Assembly: GCA_010015805.1 (NCBI GenBank)
Contig: ML978123.1
Coordinates: 186,001 to 250,000 of the forward strand
Direction of reading: 5' to 3'
Length of the DNA: 64,000 nucleotides
Origin: Rhizodiscina lignyota
Taxonomy: Eukaryota
Under the pieces are notes generated by a model. That model was not told the origin of the DNA. It worked only from the letters and a program-made list of their open reading frames with translations, and did not search any database. The translations under genes and the position numbers were made by a program. Below are positions 62,403 to 64,000 of this stretch, piece by piece. Position 1 is the first letter of the stretch. Each line of letters starts with the position of its first letter.

Positions 62403-64000
62403 CTAAGGCGTGCCGCCACGACTGGATTCATCACTGGCCACTCCCTGAGATGTCTTTGTGTACGCGTTAACTAACACATCCAGCTTCGACAAATTTGGAT
62501 CTTCATCAACCCTGATGATCGGAATCGGCCACTGAGACCGAATATAATGCTTCAGCAGTGGCGGGTCGTCCTCCGCCGAGCCCGTGTTGGTCGCCTCTTG
62601 CAGCAAGGCGACGTCGTCCGGCTTCATGCGGTCGCGTAACAGACGATAGACCACCTCGGCAAGGTAGTAATTCTTTCTTTGGTCATGAAGTCCCTTCACG
62701 CACAAGATCAAGGTCGAGCGCAAGTCATCCGGGGTAGATATAATCTCCTCACTTCTATTAAGAGCTTCGGACGCGGCATTTCCAAGCAATATCAGGAAGG
62801 AGAGCATGAAGGGGTCGAAGGCGTCGAGGCTGTGTCGGAGATAGTAGAGACGTATGAGAGTCTCCATGCGGATTTTCGCGTTGAAGATGATATCTTGCGC
62901 CGTGTTGTCTATCGCGAGCTCTGTGCATTTACCAGTGTCGCTGAGGATAGCGTGGGCTGCGGCGTGAGGAGTAAAGATCGAGGCTGTGGTGCTGAAGTAT
63001 TCGAGACTATCGCAGTAATTAGTCAGTGAGTGTTGAATAGCGCGAGGGTTACGAATGAGATGGCCACAAGCTTACTGTAGTTTAAGATGCATTGGTAAGA
63101 CGGAGTTACGAGGCGTCAGTGGTTCTGGTAAAGCCCCAAACCATTCGTCAAATCGAGATTTAAAGCGCTCAGCTTCACTTAGAGACAGCTGTCCATGAGA
63201 CTCGAGCTTGCCGTACAGCCGCTCGGTGATATCGTTCACGATGATTCGTAGACCGCAGAGGGAGCTGAAAAAGTATGGGAAGGACACCGGGTAGAGCGCT
63301 GAATCCTCATAGTATCTGATCCAGAACTCGCCGTACCAAGATGGGTCTGTGCTGGGGTCAGGTAGCGGGACTCGGGGCGGGGTCCTTGAGAAGAGGTGCG
63401 CGGAAGAAGTAGTAGGTCTCCATTCTGCATTCCTGTGTCAGCTATATTACGATTAATGTCAGCAATCTCCCCTCATTTACTGACACCTGGAAGCAGAAAA
63501 GAGCCCACGCTGTGAAAGCTCGCGCGTTGCGCCTTTTCCTGCTTCTTATATGGGGAGTCCTCAAAAATGCCTAGGTCATGGGCCATGGCAATGGCTTGTA
63601 TTCCGTACGAGAGACCAACTCTATCCATCCCGCTGGCATCATACAAGAAGTTTATAATGATCGCAGCTTGAATGGCCGTCAATTCGTTTGTTCCCTGATT
63701 GAGTTCCCAGAGCCTTTTGGCCTCGGCAAGGAATTTATACGGTAGGCTATGGGGGTTCCAGAATTGTGCGCGATTTGCTATCATACGATCACTCATCTGT
63801 AGACACCGTTAGCACCTGGCTCTCCAAGGCATTTTAGGCCCACTTACACACCCGGCAGAAAGTACAGCATTAACTAACATTGAAGAGCAGAATCGGCTGC
63901 GACCCGCGTTTAGGTCCTCTAAGAAATAGTCCTTTTGAAACATTGGCCACCACGGGTAGTCGTGAAGGAAGTATGCATGGAGAATCCTCCGCAGTAATGC
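62403..64000 (-). CDS. Fungal_trans-domain transcription factor (NirA-like Zn2Cys6 family), 3' part
   Basis: FLHDYPWWPMFQKDYFLEDL, FLAEAKRLWE, AIAMAHDLG, PEPLTPRNSVLPMHLKL, METLIRLYYLRHS; 5' end outside window. Confidence 0.85.

Overview
Intron-rich eukaryotic DNA from a filamentous ascomycete (Pezizomycotina; GT-AG introns with CTRAC branch points, Zn2Cys6 factors, RIP-like decay). It holds about 23 intact or partial protein-coding genes and one intron-containing initiator tRNA-Met. Housekeeping genes include AVL9, NDUFS5-like, AIM18, NSE3, SPP1, MIA40 and a Rad51 paralog. Three accessory zones stand out. (1) 12.3-15.7 kb: decayed ORFs around the tRNA-iMet. (2) 16-26.7 kb: a probable aromatic-catabolism group (catechol dioxygenase, 2,3-dihydroxybenzoate decarboxylase, Zn2Cys6 factor, pseudogenised monocarboxylate transporter). 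(3) 38.7-51.5 kb: an immunity-like island with a sensor-less, P-loop-degenerate NACHT-type gene facing away from a ubiquitin-like-domain AAA+ ATPase, a hydrolase between them, a broken Upf1-like helicase, a chimeric copy of two pieces from 12-15 kb, and a structured tandem duplication. All calls come from reading motifs by eye; exon boundaries are approximate and no database search was run.
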